Assembly (NCBI GenBank): GCA_963695225.1
Contig: OY968762.1
Coordinates: forward strand, 1,952,001-2,016,000
DNA: 64,000 nucleotides
Reading direction: 5' to 3'
Origin: Vulcanimicrobiota bacterium
GTDB lineage: Bacteria; Vulcanimicrobiota; Vulcanimicrobiia; Vulcanimicrobiales; Vulcanimicrobiaceae
The notes beneath the pieces were generated by a model that saw only the letters and a list, made by a program, of their open reading frames with translations, did not search any database and had not been told where the DNA came from. Both the position numbers and the translations under genes were made by a program. The stretch's first letter is position 1, and each line of letters begins with the position of its first letter. Shown in pieces: positions 1 to 8,578 of this stretch.

Positions 1-16
1 AGGAGTTGGGTCCGCG

Positions 17-559
17 TCAGTTCTTCGCGAACAACAGGCGGGAGAGTTCGTCCAGGCGGCCGGCGATCGAGCCGTCGACGTAGCGGTCGCTCATCGTGAT
101 GCGAACGCCGCCGAGGATCTCGGGCTCCACCTTCTGCGTGACCTCGAACGTCTTCCCGAACTTCCGGGAGAGGCGCGCGACGATCGCGTCGAGTTCGGCC
201 TTCTCGAGCGGCCGGGCCGAGGCGATCTCGAGGGGTTCGCGATCCTTCTCGGCGAGCAAGAGCTTCTCGTACTGTTCGAGGATCGGCCCCAAGAGCGCCT
301 CGCGGCGCTTGCGGATCAGGAGCAGCAGCGTGTGCAGGGCGACCACGCCGAGCCGCGGCGCGAACGCATCTTCGATCGTCTTCGTCTTCTCGCCGCGGTC
401 GATGACCGGGGAGATGAAGAAGCGGCGGATCGTATCGTCCGCGGAGATCGTCGCGTAGGTCTCGCGCAGGTCCCGGCCGACGGCCTCGACCGCGTCGCTT
501 TCCTTCGCGAGAGCGAAGATCGCGGTGGCGTAGCGGCGTGCGACGGTTTCGTTTGCCAT
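17..559 (-). CDS. atpH: ATP synthase F1 subunit delta
   Basis: ARRYATAIF N-terminus and ILGGV...VDGSIAGRL C-terminus; position in the atp operon. Confidence 0.95.
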   Translation of the reverse strand: MANETVARRYATAIFALAKESDAVEAVGRDLRETYATISADDTIRRFFISPVIDRGEKTKTIEDAFAPRLGVVALHTLLLLIRKRREALLGPILEQYEKLLLAEKDREPLEIASARPLEKAELDAIVARLSRKFGKTFEVTQKVEPEILGGVRITMSDRYVDGSIAGRLDELSRLLFAKN

Positions 560-1065
560 CAGCCCCGTACCCCGTCGTTCTCGATCGACTCGATCACGTC
601 GCCGATGATGCGCTGGTTCGTCGCCGCGTCGACGCGCCGAGCCGCGCCTTCGCGCGCGATCTCGAGCGCCCGCGTGAGGATCCGGGCACGGAGCCGCTCG
701 TTCGCGGAGGCCCGCCCCCGGACGAGTTCGCCCTGCGCGTTCGCCAACGAGCGTTCGCCGTCGGCCTTCGCCTCGGCGAGGATCCGGGCGCGCTCCGAGA
801 GCGCGTCGTGCTCGCCGCGCTCGCGGATGCTCGCGGCCCGCGACGCCGTATCCGAGATCTCGCTCCGGGCGCGCTCGACGTCCACCTTGGCGGCGGCCCG
901 CTGACGCTCCATCTCTTCGATCTCGGCGTTCTTCGCGGCCTCGGCGCCGGCGATCGCCGGCGCTAGGAATTTGCGGAACAGGAAAGTGAGAACCCCGACG
1001 AACGCGAGCGCGCCGAGTATTTGGCTCCAGCGCGCGAGCATCTCGTAGAACGGGTCGACGGTCAT
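559..1065 (-). CDS. atpF: ATP synthase F0 subunit b
   Basis: N-terminal TM segment followed by an Ala/Glu/Arg coiled coil; lies between b' and delta. Confidence 0.85.
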   Translation of the reverse strand: MTVDPFYEMLARWSQILGALAFVGVLTFLFRKFLAPAIAGAEAAKNAEIEEMERQRAAAKVDVERARSEISDTASRAASIRERGEHDALSERARILAEAKADGERSLANAQGELVRGRASANERLRARILTRALEIAREGAARRVDAATNQRIIGDVIESIENDGVRG

Positions 1066-1496
1066 CGGCTCCCTCCGAACGAGAACGCCTTCTCGACCAT
1101 TTGATCGGCGAGCGATTGGGCGAGGGCGCCCTCCGATACCGTCGCCGCCTCCAGCTCGCGGGCGACGGTCGCCCGATGCGCGTCGGCGATCGCCGCGGCT
1201 TTTTGGGCGTACTCCGCCGCGATGCCGGCCGCTTCGGTCGAAGCTGCGGCCCGGGAGGCTGCGACCTTCTCCGCCGCTTCCTTACGAGCCGCGGCGAGCG
1301 TCGCTTCGGCGCCCGCGCGCAGCGACTTCGCCTCGGCCTCGTAGGCCACGGTATCGCTCTTGAGCCCGTCGATGTATGCTCGACGCTCCCCCAGCGCCTT
1401 CGAGACGGGACGCAAGAAGACGCGATCCACGATGAAGTAGAAGATCGCGAAATTCGCGAGCTGGAACCAGAACGTTCCGTCGAGCGAGAGGAACAT
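1062..1496 (-). CDS. ATP synthase F0 subunit b' (second b-type subunit)
   Basis: LDGTFWFQLANF...FLRPV...ERR pattern of b/b' subunits. Confidence 0.85.
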   Translation of the reverse strand: MFLSLDGTFWFQLANFAIFYFIVDRVFLRPVSKALGERRAYIDGLKSDTVAYEAEAKSLRAGAEATLAAARKEAAEKVAASRAAASTEAAGIAAEYAQKAAAIADAHRATVARELEAATVSEGALAQSLADQMVEKAFSFGGSR

Positions 1497-1505
1497 CGGC
1501 GGTGC

Positions 1506-1784
1506 TTACTTGGGGAGGTGCGTCAGAAGTTCCGGAACCTTGACGACGACGAGCAGCAAGTAGAAGGCGAGCCCGAGCGCGATGATCGGGAACACTTCCG
1601 CGAGGCCGATGCCGAGGAACATGAACGTGAAGATGTTCGGGCGGGCTTCCGGCTGGCGTGCGATGGCCTCGACGGCCTTCGAGGCGATGACGCCGTCGCC
1701 GACGGCCGATCCGAAGGCAACACCGAGCATGATGATGCCGAAGGAGAGGATCGTCGCCGCTGCGATTAGGGCTTCAGAACTCAA
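1506..1784 (-). CDS. atpE: ATP synthase F0 subunit c
   Basis: ARQPE loop, ion-binding Glu in GLAEVF, two TM helices; TTG start. Confidence 0.96.
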   Translation of the reverse strand: MSSEALIAAATILSFGIIMLGVAFGSAVGDGVIASKAVEAIARQPEARPNIFTFMFLGIGLAEVFPIIALGLAFYLLLVVVKVPELLTHLPK

Positions 1785-1816
1785 GGGAATACTTTCCTTT
1801 CCAAGATGGACTACGA

Positions 1817-2548
1817 TTAGTGCTCGTCCGCGACCGCTAGGGACAAGTAGACGATCGAGAGCAAAGTGAAGACGAACGCCTGAACGGTTCCGACGAAGAA
1901 GTTCAGGAACTGGATGATGAACGGCGCGATCGTCGCGGCGATCGAGAGGTTGAAGAACCCGACCATGACCTTCGCGTTGATGATCGAGGCTACGACGACG
2001 AAGAGCAGCTCGCCGACGAAGATGTTGAAGAAGAGGCGCGCGGCCATCGTGATCGGGCGCACCAGCTCGTCGAGGATGTTGACCGGCAACAGCGCGGCGA
2101 AGGGCTGGGCCAGGTGCTTGTAGTGGCCGAGCCCCTTCGCCCGGACCGCAACGACCTGGATCATGATGAAGATCAGGAGCGCGTAGGGCGCCGCGGTGTT
2201 GAGGTCGGCGGTCGGCGAGCCGCCGAACGGCAGCCCGAACAGCTTGAAGGGGATGATCCCGAATTGGTTCATCGCGAAGATGAACAGGAACAGGGCCACG
2301 AAGAACGGCGTGAACGGCTCGGCCTTGCGGCCCAGGACGCCGTAGGCGAGGTCGGCGATGTACGCGATGATGCCTTCGAAGATCGTCTGGATCTTCGTCG
2401 CACGCGGAGAGCTGTAGCTCTTGCCGATCCAGGCCAGGAACGCGAGCACGACGACCATCGCGATCCAGGTCGTCAACACGGTGTCCGCGTGCACGGTTCC
2501 GACGACCGGCACGTTCCAGACACTATGGGCGCCTATCTCTTCTTGCAA
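1817..2548 (-). CDS. atpB: ATP synthase F0 subunit a
   Basis: PTADLN, RPITMAARLFFNIFVGE and QAFVFTLLSIVY motifs. Confidence 0.96.
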   Translation of the reverse strand: MQEEIGAHSVWNVPVVGTVHADTVLTTWIAMVVVLAFLAWIGKSYSSPRATKIQTIFEGIIAYIADLAYGVLGRKAEPFTPFFVALFLFIFAMNQFGIIPFKLFGLPFGGSPTADLNTAAPYALLIFIMIQVVAVRAKGLGHYKHLAQPFAALLPVNILDELVRPITMAARLFFNIFVGELLFVVVASIINAKVMVGFFNLSIAATIAPFIIQFLNFFVGTVQAFVFTLLSIVYLSLAVADEH

Positions 2549-2560
2549 CTATCTATCCGC

Positions 2561-2968
2561 TCACAGGGCCCGCGCGACGCTGATGGCGTACAGCGCGAGG
2601 GGCAAAAAGAATCCGCAGAAATAGAACGCCATCGTCCACCAGGGACCATGGAGCGCAAACTCCACGGGTACTATACCGAAGACGCAGATTCGCAGAACAC
2701 TACTTAAGGCGAAAATGACGATACTCCGGTTGTCGATTAATCGTTCGTTCCCGCGCATTGCGAGCAATGCGTTGGCGACCCCGCACAAGCCACCGAAGGC
2801 CAGGGCGACGGCGCCGATAGGAGACCACCCCGCGATGGGGATGGCCGCCACGGTCACGAGGACAAGCGACCAAACGCTGATCGACCTCTTACGCGCGTAA
2901 TACGCGCGTAACTCAGCCTCTTCAGCGGCGCTTCCCGTCTTAGGGCCCTCTGGAATCGAACCCTGCAA
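2561..2968 (-). CDS. atpI: ATP synthase protein I (4-TM membrane protein)
   Basis: Hydrophobic C-terminal part of ORF 2561..4015, directly upstream of atpB; SVLRI motif; TTG start inferred. Confidence 0.7.
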   Translation of the reverse strand: MQGSIPEGPKTGSAAEEAELRAYYARKRSISVWSLVLVTVAAIPIAGWSPIGAVALAFGGLCGVANALLAMRGNERLIDNRSIVIFALSSVLRICVFGIVPVEFALHGPWWTMAFYFCGFFLPLALYAISVARAL

Positions 2969-2976
2969 GGCTCCGC

Positions 2977-4134
2977 CTATGCCGCCCGAAACTCGTCGGG
3001 TTCGGCTTCGCTGCGCAGGCGCGCGAGGAGCCAGGCGACGATCCGCTCGGAGGCGTGCCCGTCTCCGTACGGATTGTTCGCCCTCGACATCCGGGCGTAG
3101 ACGGCGCGGTCGGAAAGCAGTTCGGCCGCCGCAGCGACGATCGTCCCCGGGTCGGCGCCGACGAGGCGCAACGTCCCGGCGGCGATCCCCTCGGGCCGCT
3201 CCGTCTCGTCGCGCATGACGAGGACCGGCTTGCCCAGGCACGGGGCTTCCTCTTGGAGCCCGCCGCTGTCCGTGAGGACGAACGTCGAGCGGCCGATCGA
3301 GCGAACCGTCGTATCGTACCCCAGCGGGGCGACGAGCCGGACGCCCTCGAGCCCGCCGAGCACTTCCCGCGCGAGGGGCGCAACGCGCGGCGACGGGTGG
3401 ACTGGCCAGAGGATCTGGGGCCTTGCGGGCAGGCCCGCGATCGACCGCAGCGCCTCGCAGATGCCGCGCATGCGGTCGTGGTTCTCGCGCCGATGCGCCG
3501 TGACGAAGATCAGCGGCCGGGCCGGGTCCAAGCCCGCCCACTCCGGCGGCTCCCCCGAGTACGCGCGCCGGGCCGTCGCCTGGAACGCGTCGATGACGGT
3601 GTTCCCGGTCACGAAGATGTCCGGGGCGGGGACGTTCTCGGCCTCGAGGTTCGCCCTGGCCTGCGCCGTCGGGGAGAAATGGTAGCTCGCAATCCGCCCG
3701 GTGAGCCGGCGGTTCATCTCTTCGGGGAAGGGCTCCCAGCGCGTATGCGTCCGCAGCCCCGCCTCGACGTGCCCGACGGGGATCTTCGCATAGAAGGCGG
3801 CGAGCGCCGCGGCGGTGCTCGTCGAGGTGTCGCCGTGGACGAGAACGACGTCCGGCCGGGCACGCTCGAGGACGGGCTCCATCCCGGCCAGCACGCTCGT
3901 CGTGATCTGGGTCAGCGTTTGGTCGGGGCGCATGATATCGAGATCGTACGCGGGCTCGATCGAAAAGAGCGCGAGAAGATCGTCGAGCATCTGACGGTGC
4001 TGGGCCGTCACGCATACGATCGGTTCGACTGCGGGCCCCGCTGCCTCCAGCGCACGAACGACCGGCGCCATCTTGATCGTGTCGGGGCGCGTCCCGAAGA
4101 CCGTCATCACGCGCAGCGGACGATATGAACTCAC
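2977..4134 (-). CDS. wecB: UDP-N-acetylglucosamine 2-epimerase (non-hydrolysing)
   Basis: FGTRPD, HGDT, GHVEAGLR, PFPEE, TDSGGLQEE, NPYGDG motifs; GTG start inferred. Confidence 0.96.
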   Translation of the reverse strand: MSSYRPLRVMTVFGTRPDTIKMAPVVRALEAAGPAVEPIVCVTAQHRQMLDDLLALFSIEPAYDLDIMRPDQTLTQITTSVLAGMEPVLERARPDVVLVHGDTSTSTAAALAAFYAKIPVGHVEAGLRTHTRWEPFPEEMNRRLTGRIASYHFSPTAQARANLEAENVPAPDIFVTGNTVIDAFQATARRAYSGEPPEWAGLDPARPLIFVTAHRRENHDRMRGICEALRSIAGLPARPQILWPVHPSPRVAPLAREVLGGLEGVRLVAPLGYDTTVRSIGRSTFVLTDSGGLQEEAPCLGKPVLVMRDETERPEGIAAGTLRLVGADPGTIVAAAAELLSDRAVYARMSRANNPYGDGHASERIVAWLLARLRSEAEPDEFRAA

Positions 4135-4156
4135 GGGCGCGCTCTTTCGGGTTACA

Positions 4157-4510
4157 TCAGGTCCACTCCCCGGCCCAGCGCTCGATCTCCGCAATGATGC
4201 CGCTGAGCGACTCGCCTTTCGGCGTGAGATGGTACTCGACGCGAACCGGCCGGTCCGCGATCACGGTCCGCCGGACGAGCCCGGTCTCTTCGAACTCGCG
4301 CAGGCGCTCGGAGAGCATCTTGTCGGTAAGCGCCGGGATCGCTTCGCGCAGATCGCTGAAGCGGATGACGCCGTGCTGCAGCGCGCGCAGGATCGCTCCG
4401 GACCAGCGGCGGCCGATCAGTTCGACGGCCGAGGTAAAGCGCGGACAGAACGCCTCGTCTTGGGCAGGCGTCTTTTGGGAATCGGTTGGGGGAGTTGAAA
4501 CCTTGCTCAC
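4157..4510 (-). CDS. HxlR/DUF24-family transcriptional regulator
   Basis: FCPRF..AVELIGRRW, KMLSERLRE, VEYHLTPKG motifs. Confidence 0.92.
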   Translation of the reverse strand: MSKVSTPPTDSQKTPAQDEAFCPRFTSAVELIGRRWSGAILRALQHGVIRFSDLREAIPALTDKMLSERLREFEETGLVRRTVIADRPVRVEYHLTPKGESLSGIIAEIERWAGEWT

Positions 4511-4549
4511 TTTTAGATAGTATTATACCATTCGTAGAGCAACTAGCAA
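4509..4549 (-). promoter_or_regulatory. sigma70-type promoter of the hxlR-like gene with an overlapping ACT-N7-AGT operator
   Basis: Minus strand TTGCTA-16 nt-TATAAT with extended TG; ACTTTTAGATAGT at 4509-4521. Confidence 0.65.
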
Positions 4550-4615
4550 ATAGGCTGGACTGAGATCCCTGCTCGGCTCACCTTTTGACCATCTTACCAT
4601 CCGAGGAGAATATCC

Positions 4616-5158
4616 ATGACAACGCTCACAACCGAGACCTACGCGATCGATCCGACCCATTCCGGCGTCGAGTTCTCCGTCCGCCACCTGATGATCTCGA
4701 AGGTCCGGGGCCGCTTCAGCGGCGTTGCCGGAACCATCGAGATCCCGGCGGGCGGCTCCGTGCCGACGTCCGTTCAGGCGGAGATCGACGTCGCATCGAT
4801 CGACACCCGCGAAGCCCAGCGGGACGGGCACCTGAAATCCCCCGACTTCTTCCATGCAGAGGACTTCCCGAAGATCCGCTTCACGAGCACCAAGATCGAG
4901 AGCAAGGGCGGCGACCGCCTCGAGATCGCCGGTAATCTCGAGATCCGCGGGACCACGCATCCCGTCACGATCGACGGCGCGTTCGAAGGCCGGGCGAAGG
5001 ACCCGTGGGGGAACGATCGCCTCGCGCTCAGCGGTTCGGCGCGGATCAACCGCAAGGACTTCGGCCTCGTCTGGAACCAGGGTCTCGAAAGCGGCGGCGT
5101 CCTCGTCGGCGACACGGTCGACATCACGCTCGAAATCGAAGCCGTAGCCAAGAAATAG
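4616..5158 (+). CDS. YceI-family polyisoprenoid-binding protein
   Basis: IDPTHS.VEFSVRHLMISKVRGRF, RDGHLKSPDFF, INRKDFG motifs; GAGGAG RBS. Confidence 0.95.
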   Translation: MTTLTTETYAIDPTHSGVEFSVRHLMISKVRGRFSGVAGTIEIPAGGSVPTSVQAEIDVASIDTREAQRDGHLKSPDFFHAEDFPKIRFTSTKIESKGGDRLEIAGNLEIRGTTHPVTIDGAFEGRAKDPWGNDRLALSGSARINRKDFGLVWNQGLESGGVLVGDTVDITLEIEAVAKK

Positions 5159-5198
5159 TCGCAACCGGAGCAGCGGGCGCCGCCCCGGCGGCGTCCGC

Positions 5199-6215
5199 TT
5201 AAACCGAGCCCGCGATTTTCAGCGGATGCGAGAAGCCGCCGGCGAGCGCGTAGGCGGCGATGCCGAGAAAGAACGTGACGGCGTAGATCAGCAGCACGGC
5301 CTGGCGGACGTTCAGCCCGAATTGGAAGACCAGGACGTGATGGATGTGCCCGCGATCCGCTTCGTAGAACTTGCGCCCGGCCCGGGTGCGGCGGACGATC
5401 GCGGCGGCGATGTCGACGACCGGGAGCGCGAGCGCGAGGAGCGGAACGGCGAGGCTGACCGTCAGCGCCGTCTTGCTCGTCGTCAGGACGCCGACCGTCG
5501 CGAGCATGTAGCCGATGAAGAGCGAGCCCGTGTCGCCGAGGATGATCGAGGCCGGATTGAAGTTGTAACGCAGGAAGCCGAGCGTGCCGCCGACCAGCGC
5601 GCACAGCACGAGCGCCGCGACGTCGTAATGGTGCGAGACCGCGATCAGGAACAGAAAGAAGCCCGAGATCGCGGTGAAGCCGGAGAGCAACCCGTCGAGG
5701 CCGTCGAGAAAGTTGATCGCGTTCATGATCCCGAGGTACCAGAGCAGCGTGATCGGGACCGCGAAATAGATCGGGAAGCCGAAATACTCGCCGTCGCGGA
5801 ACGGATTCTCAACCGACGTGATCGTGAAACCGTAGCTCATCGAGACGAGCGCGACGACGATCTGCGCGAGGAATTTCCCGCGCGGCGAGATCGAGACGAC
5901 GTCGTCCCACACGCCGAAGATCAAGATCAGCGTTCCGCCGAACAACAGGCCGAGGAAGCGGTTGAGATCGTGGACGTCGTGGAACAGCGGCGTGTATTGG
6001 ATCGCGTAGCCGAGCGTCGCGAACAGCGCGAACGCGAAGCCCAAGTACACGGCGAGACCGCCGATGCGCGGCTTCGGGTCGGCGTGCATGCGCCGGTCGC
6101 CCGTCTGATCGAGCATTCCGACGTGCAGCGCGAGCCGCCGCACGTACGGGGTCACGAGGAGCGTCGTCCCCGCTGCGATGAGGAGCGCGGCCGCGTAGAG
6201 ATAGGCGAGTCTCAC
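5199..6215 (-). CDS. Undecaprenyl-phosphate GlcNAc-1-P transferase (TagO/WecA, MraY-like family)
   Basis: PRIGG, GVWDD, NAINFLDGLDGL, NFNPASIILGDTGS, ADRGHIHH motifs; GTG overlaps upstream TGA. Confidence 0.93.
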   Translation of the reverse strand: MRLAYLYAAALLIAAGTTLLVTPYVRRLALHVGMLDQTGDRRMHADPKPRIGGLAVYLGFAFALFATLGYAIQYTPLFHDVHDLNRFLGLLFGGTLILIFGVWDDVVSISPRGKFLAQIVVALVSMSYGFTITSVENPFRDGEYFGFPIYFAVPITLLWYLGIMNAINFLDGLDGLLSGFTAISGFFLFLIAVSHHYDVAALVLCALVGGTLGFLRYNFNPASIILGDTGSLFIGYMLATVGVLTTSKTALTVSLAVPLLALALPVVDIAAAIVRRTRAGRKFYEADRGHIHHVLVFQFGLNVRQAVLLIYAVTFFLGIAAYALAGGFSHPLKIAGSV

Positions 6216-6664
6216 GCGCGGGCCCCGGCCGGATCGAGCGCCGCGAAGTGCACGACGGCGACGCCGGCCTCGGCCAAGAGCAGCGCCGCATGTTCGTCGG
6301 GGTACTGTTGATCGTAGACGATCCGCATCACGCCCGCGCTGATCAACAACTTCGAGCAACCGACGCACGGCTGGTGCGTCGTGTACGCCGTCGCGCCTTC
6401 TAGGCTGATGCCGTGCAGCGCCCCTTGCACGATCGCGTTCGCTTCGGCGTGCGTCGCGCGGATGCAATGCCCGTTCACCATCTCGCAGCCGACGTCCGTG
6501 CAGTGCGCCACGCGGCGCGGCGCACCGTTGTAGCCGGTCGTCAGGATGCGATGGTCCCGCACCAGCACCGCTCCGACGCCGGCGCGGGGGCAGGTCGCCC
6601 GCGTCGCAACGGTCCGTGCGATCTGCATGAAATACTCGTCCCAGCCGGGTCTCATCGAGTGCAT
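6212..6664 (-). CDS. dCMP deaminase / ComEB-family deaminase
   Basis: RPGWDEYFM, TGYNG, HAEANA, PCVGC zinc motifs. Confidence 0.93.
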   Translation of the reverse strand: MHSMRPGWDEYFMQIARTVATRATCPRAGVGAVLVRDHRILTTGYNGAPRRVAHCTDVGCEMVNGHCIRATHAEANAIVQGALHGISLEGATAYTTHQPCVGCSKLLISAGVMRIVYDQQYPDEHAALLLAEAGVAVVHFAALDPAGARA

Positions 6665-6682
6665 CGTTCGCGAACGGCCCGG

Positions 6683-7351
6683 CTACGCCCCGCGCGGGGT
6701 CGCGCGCACCGAAACCGGGACGGAACTCGTGCTGCCGAACATTCGGTCGCCGGCATCGCCGAGGCCCGGAACGATGTAGCCGTGCTCGTTGAGCCGCTCG
6801 TCGATCGCCGCCGTGACGATGCGAACGTCCGGGAACGCGGCGCGGAGCGTCGCGATCCCGGACGGTGCGGCGATCGCGCAGACGAACGAGAGCCGCACGG
6901 CCCCGCGCAGAGCGAGCACGCCGAGCGCGGCCGAGCCCGAGTGCCCCGTCGCCAACATCGGGTCGACCACGAAGACGTCGCGCGCGCTCAGATCGTCGGG
7001 GAGGTTCGCGTAGTAGGGGATCGCCTCGAGCGTCGCGGGGTCCCGGTAGAACCCCAGGTGCGCGACGACCGCGTCGTCGATGACCGCGAGGAACCCCGGC
7101 AAGAGGCCGAGTCCGGCGCGCAGGATCGGGGCGACGACGGGGCGAGTCGCGATGCGGCGCTCCGAGGCGAGCGCGAGCGGGGTCTGCACCTCTTTGCGCT
7201 GCGTCTCAAGGTCCCGGGTCGCCTCGTAGGCGAGGAACAGGCCGAGTTCCTCGAGGAGCCGCCGGAACACCGGGGTCGGGGTCGCATGATCCCGCAGGCG
7301 CGCGAGCCGGTCGGCGACGGCCGGATGATCGACCACCAGCGTTCGTTCCAC
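6683..7351 (-). CDS. upp: Uracil phosphoribosyltransferase
   Basis: PILRAG, DPMLATG, GYIVPGLGDAGDR motifs. Confidence 0.97.
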   Translation of the reverse strand: MERTLVVDHPAVADRLARLRDHATPTPVFRRLLEELGLFLAYEATRDLETQRKEVQTPLALASERRIATRPVVAPILRAGLGLLPGFLAVIDDAVVAHLGFYRDPATLEAIPYYANLPDDLSARDVFVVDPMLATGHSGSAALGVLALRGAVRLSFVCAIAAPSGIATLRAAFPDVRIVTAAIDERLNEHGYIVPGLGDAGDRMFGSTSSVPVSVRATPRGA

Positions 7352-7601
7352 GCCGCGGGCTTATCTGAGGACGACGAAAAGCCCCGCCGGAGCGGCGGAG
7401 GAGTGCACGGGCAGCGTCGACCGCCAGCGCGGCGGTAAAGACGAACAGGAACGACGCCCCGTAGGACTCGTGCAGGACGAGCGCGCCCACCACGGCGAGC
7501 ACGCCGGCGAGCGCCGCGTTTCGAGCGAGCGCCGCCAGCGCGCGCCGCGCCGCCTCCGCCGCCCCGCGTCCGACGGCGACCGGATCGGGAGCCTGCATCA
7601 T
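7206..7601 (-). CDS. Hypothetical small membrane protein (2 TM); 3' end uncertain, ORF runs into upp
   Basis: ATGA overlap with the upstream ORF; hydrophobic segments AALAGVLAVVGALVL and SFLFVFTAALAV. Confidence 0.5.
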   Translation of the reverse strand: MMQAPDPVAVGRGAAEAARRALAALARNAALAGVLAVVGALVLHESYGASFLFVFTAALAVDAARALLRRSGGAFRRPQISPRRGTNAGGRSSGRRRPARAPAGSCDPDPGVPAAPRGTRPVPRLRGDPGP

Positions 7602-8179
7602 CTCGCCGCGGCGCTCCCGGCCTGCGCATCCGTGGCATCGGCAGCCGGGTGGGGATGCCCGATCCGTTCGTGCAGTGCGCCGAGCGCGCGATGCGCGAGC
7701 TCGCCGGCCGCGCCGATGACGATCGTCTCCTTCGCCTTATCGACGAAGGCGGAGCGCGTGAACTGGGCCGCGGCCTCCCCGAGGCGCGCCGGATCGGCGA
7801 GCGTTCCGGCGGCGGAGCGCGCCGCCGCTCCCGAGGAATCCAGGAACGCGCGCGCGGCCTGCCCGACGAAGCCCGCGACCGCGCGACCGGCACTCTGAAG
7901 CGCCCCGCCGAACGCGCGCCCCGCGAGGCCGGCGGCCGCGCCCTCCCCAGCCTCGCCGGCCGCAAGGCCGAGCGGCGCCAGGACTTCCGGGGCGGCGATC
8001 CCGGCTACCACGGCCGCCGCCGCCAACGCAGGTTGCGGATTGCGAACGCCGTCGCTCGCATAACGGGAGCCGGCCGCCTGCTGGGCGCGAGCCAGCCGTT
8101 CCCGCTGTTCCGGGGTCGGGGCCGGCAGCGTGGCCGGGTCGTACGGGCGCATGACCGGCGTCAAGTCCGTCGTAGCCAT
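7598..8179 (-). CDS. Hypothetical Ala/Gly-rich protein with a hydrophobic central segment
   Basis: AAGGAG RBS before ATG at 8179; fills the gap between the structured element and upp. Confidence 0.65.
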   Translation of the reverse strand: MATTDLTPVMRPYDPATLPAPTPEQRERLARAQQAAGSRYASDGVRNPQPALAAAAVVAGIAAPEVLAPLGLAAGEAGEGAAAGLAGRAFGGALQSAGRAVAGFVGQAARAFLDSSGAAARSAAGTLADPARLGEAAAQFTRSAFVDKAKETIVIGAAGELAHRALGALHERIGHPHPAADATDAQAGSAAAR

Positions 8180-8276
8180 TCGTGCGGTGCTCCTTTCGCA
8201 AGCGTCGTGCACCGCACCATCACGCGTTCGCCCCCGCCCACTAGCCCGCAGCCTCAGCCTTCGCCGGGCTCAGACT

Positions 8277-8561
8277 GTCAGACTGATAGGTAGCGTCCGG
8301 GTCGGGGCGGGGTTTCTCCGCGGGGCGTGCAGCTTTCCGGCGGAGCCATGGATGGCGGGGGGGGCTCCACGCGCTTTGCGTGTGGGGGGCGCGGAGCCGT
8401 AGGCGGAGCGCCTGTTCAACTCAGTGGGCCCCCGCGCTGCGTAGCAGCGTGGGAGCACGTGCACGAGTAGCCGTTTCGCATGGATGCGAAACGGCGGGCG
8501 TCCCCGCGGAGGAACCCCGCCCCGACCCGGACGCGGGCCACGAGCGCAGGCTTAGTCTGAC
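8277..8561 (+). repeat. Highly structured non-coding element (MITE-like or ncRNA) with nested inverted repeats
   Basis: 33-bp inverted repeat 8293-8325 / 8502-8534; outer 10-bp IR 8277-8286 / 8552-8561; several internal hairpins. Confidence 0.8.
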
Positions 8562-8578
8562 GAGGGGCAGCTACGGCG

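Noticed and set aside
2941..2990. tRNA T-loop-like GGTTCGATTCC on the minus strand
   Set aside because: The T stem pairs for only 2 bp and there are no acceptor, D or anticodon arms; it lies at the inferred atpI start
8277..8561. Retron msr-msd or CRISPR interpretation of the structured element
   Set aside because: No reverse transcriptase or cas gene in the window and no repeat-spacer periodicity
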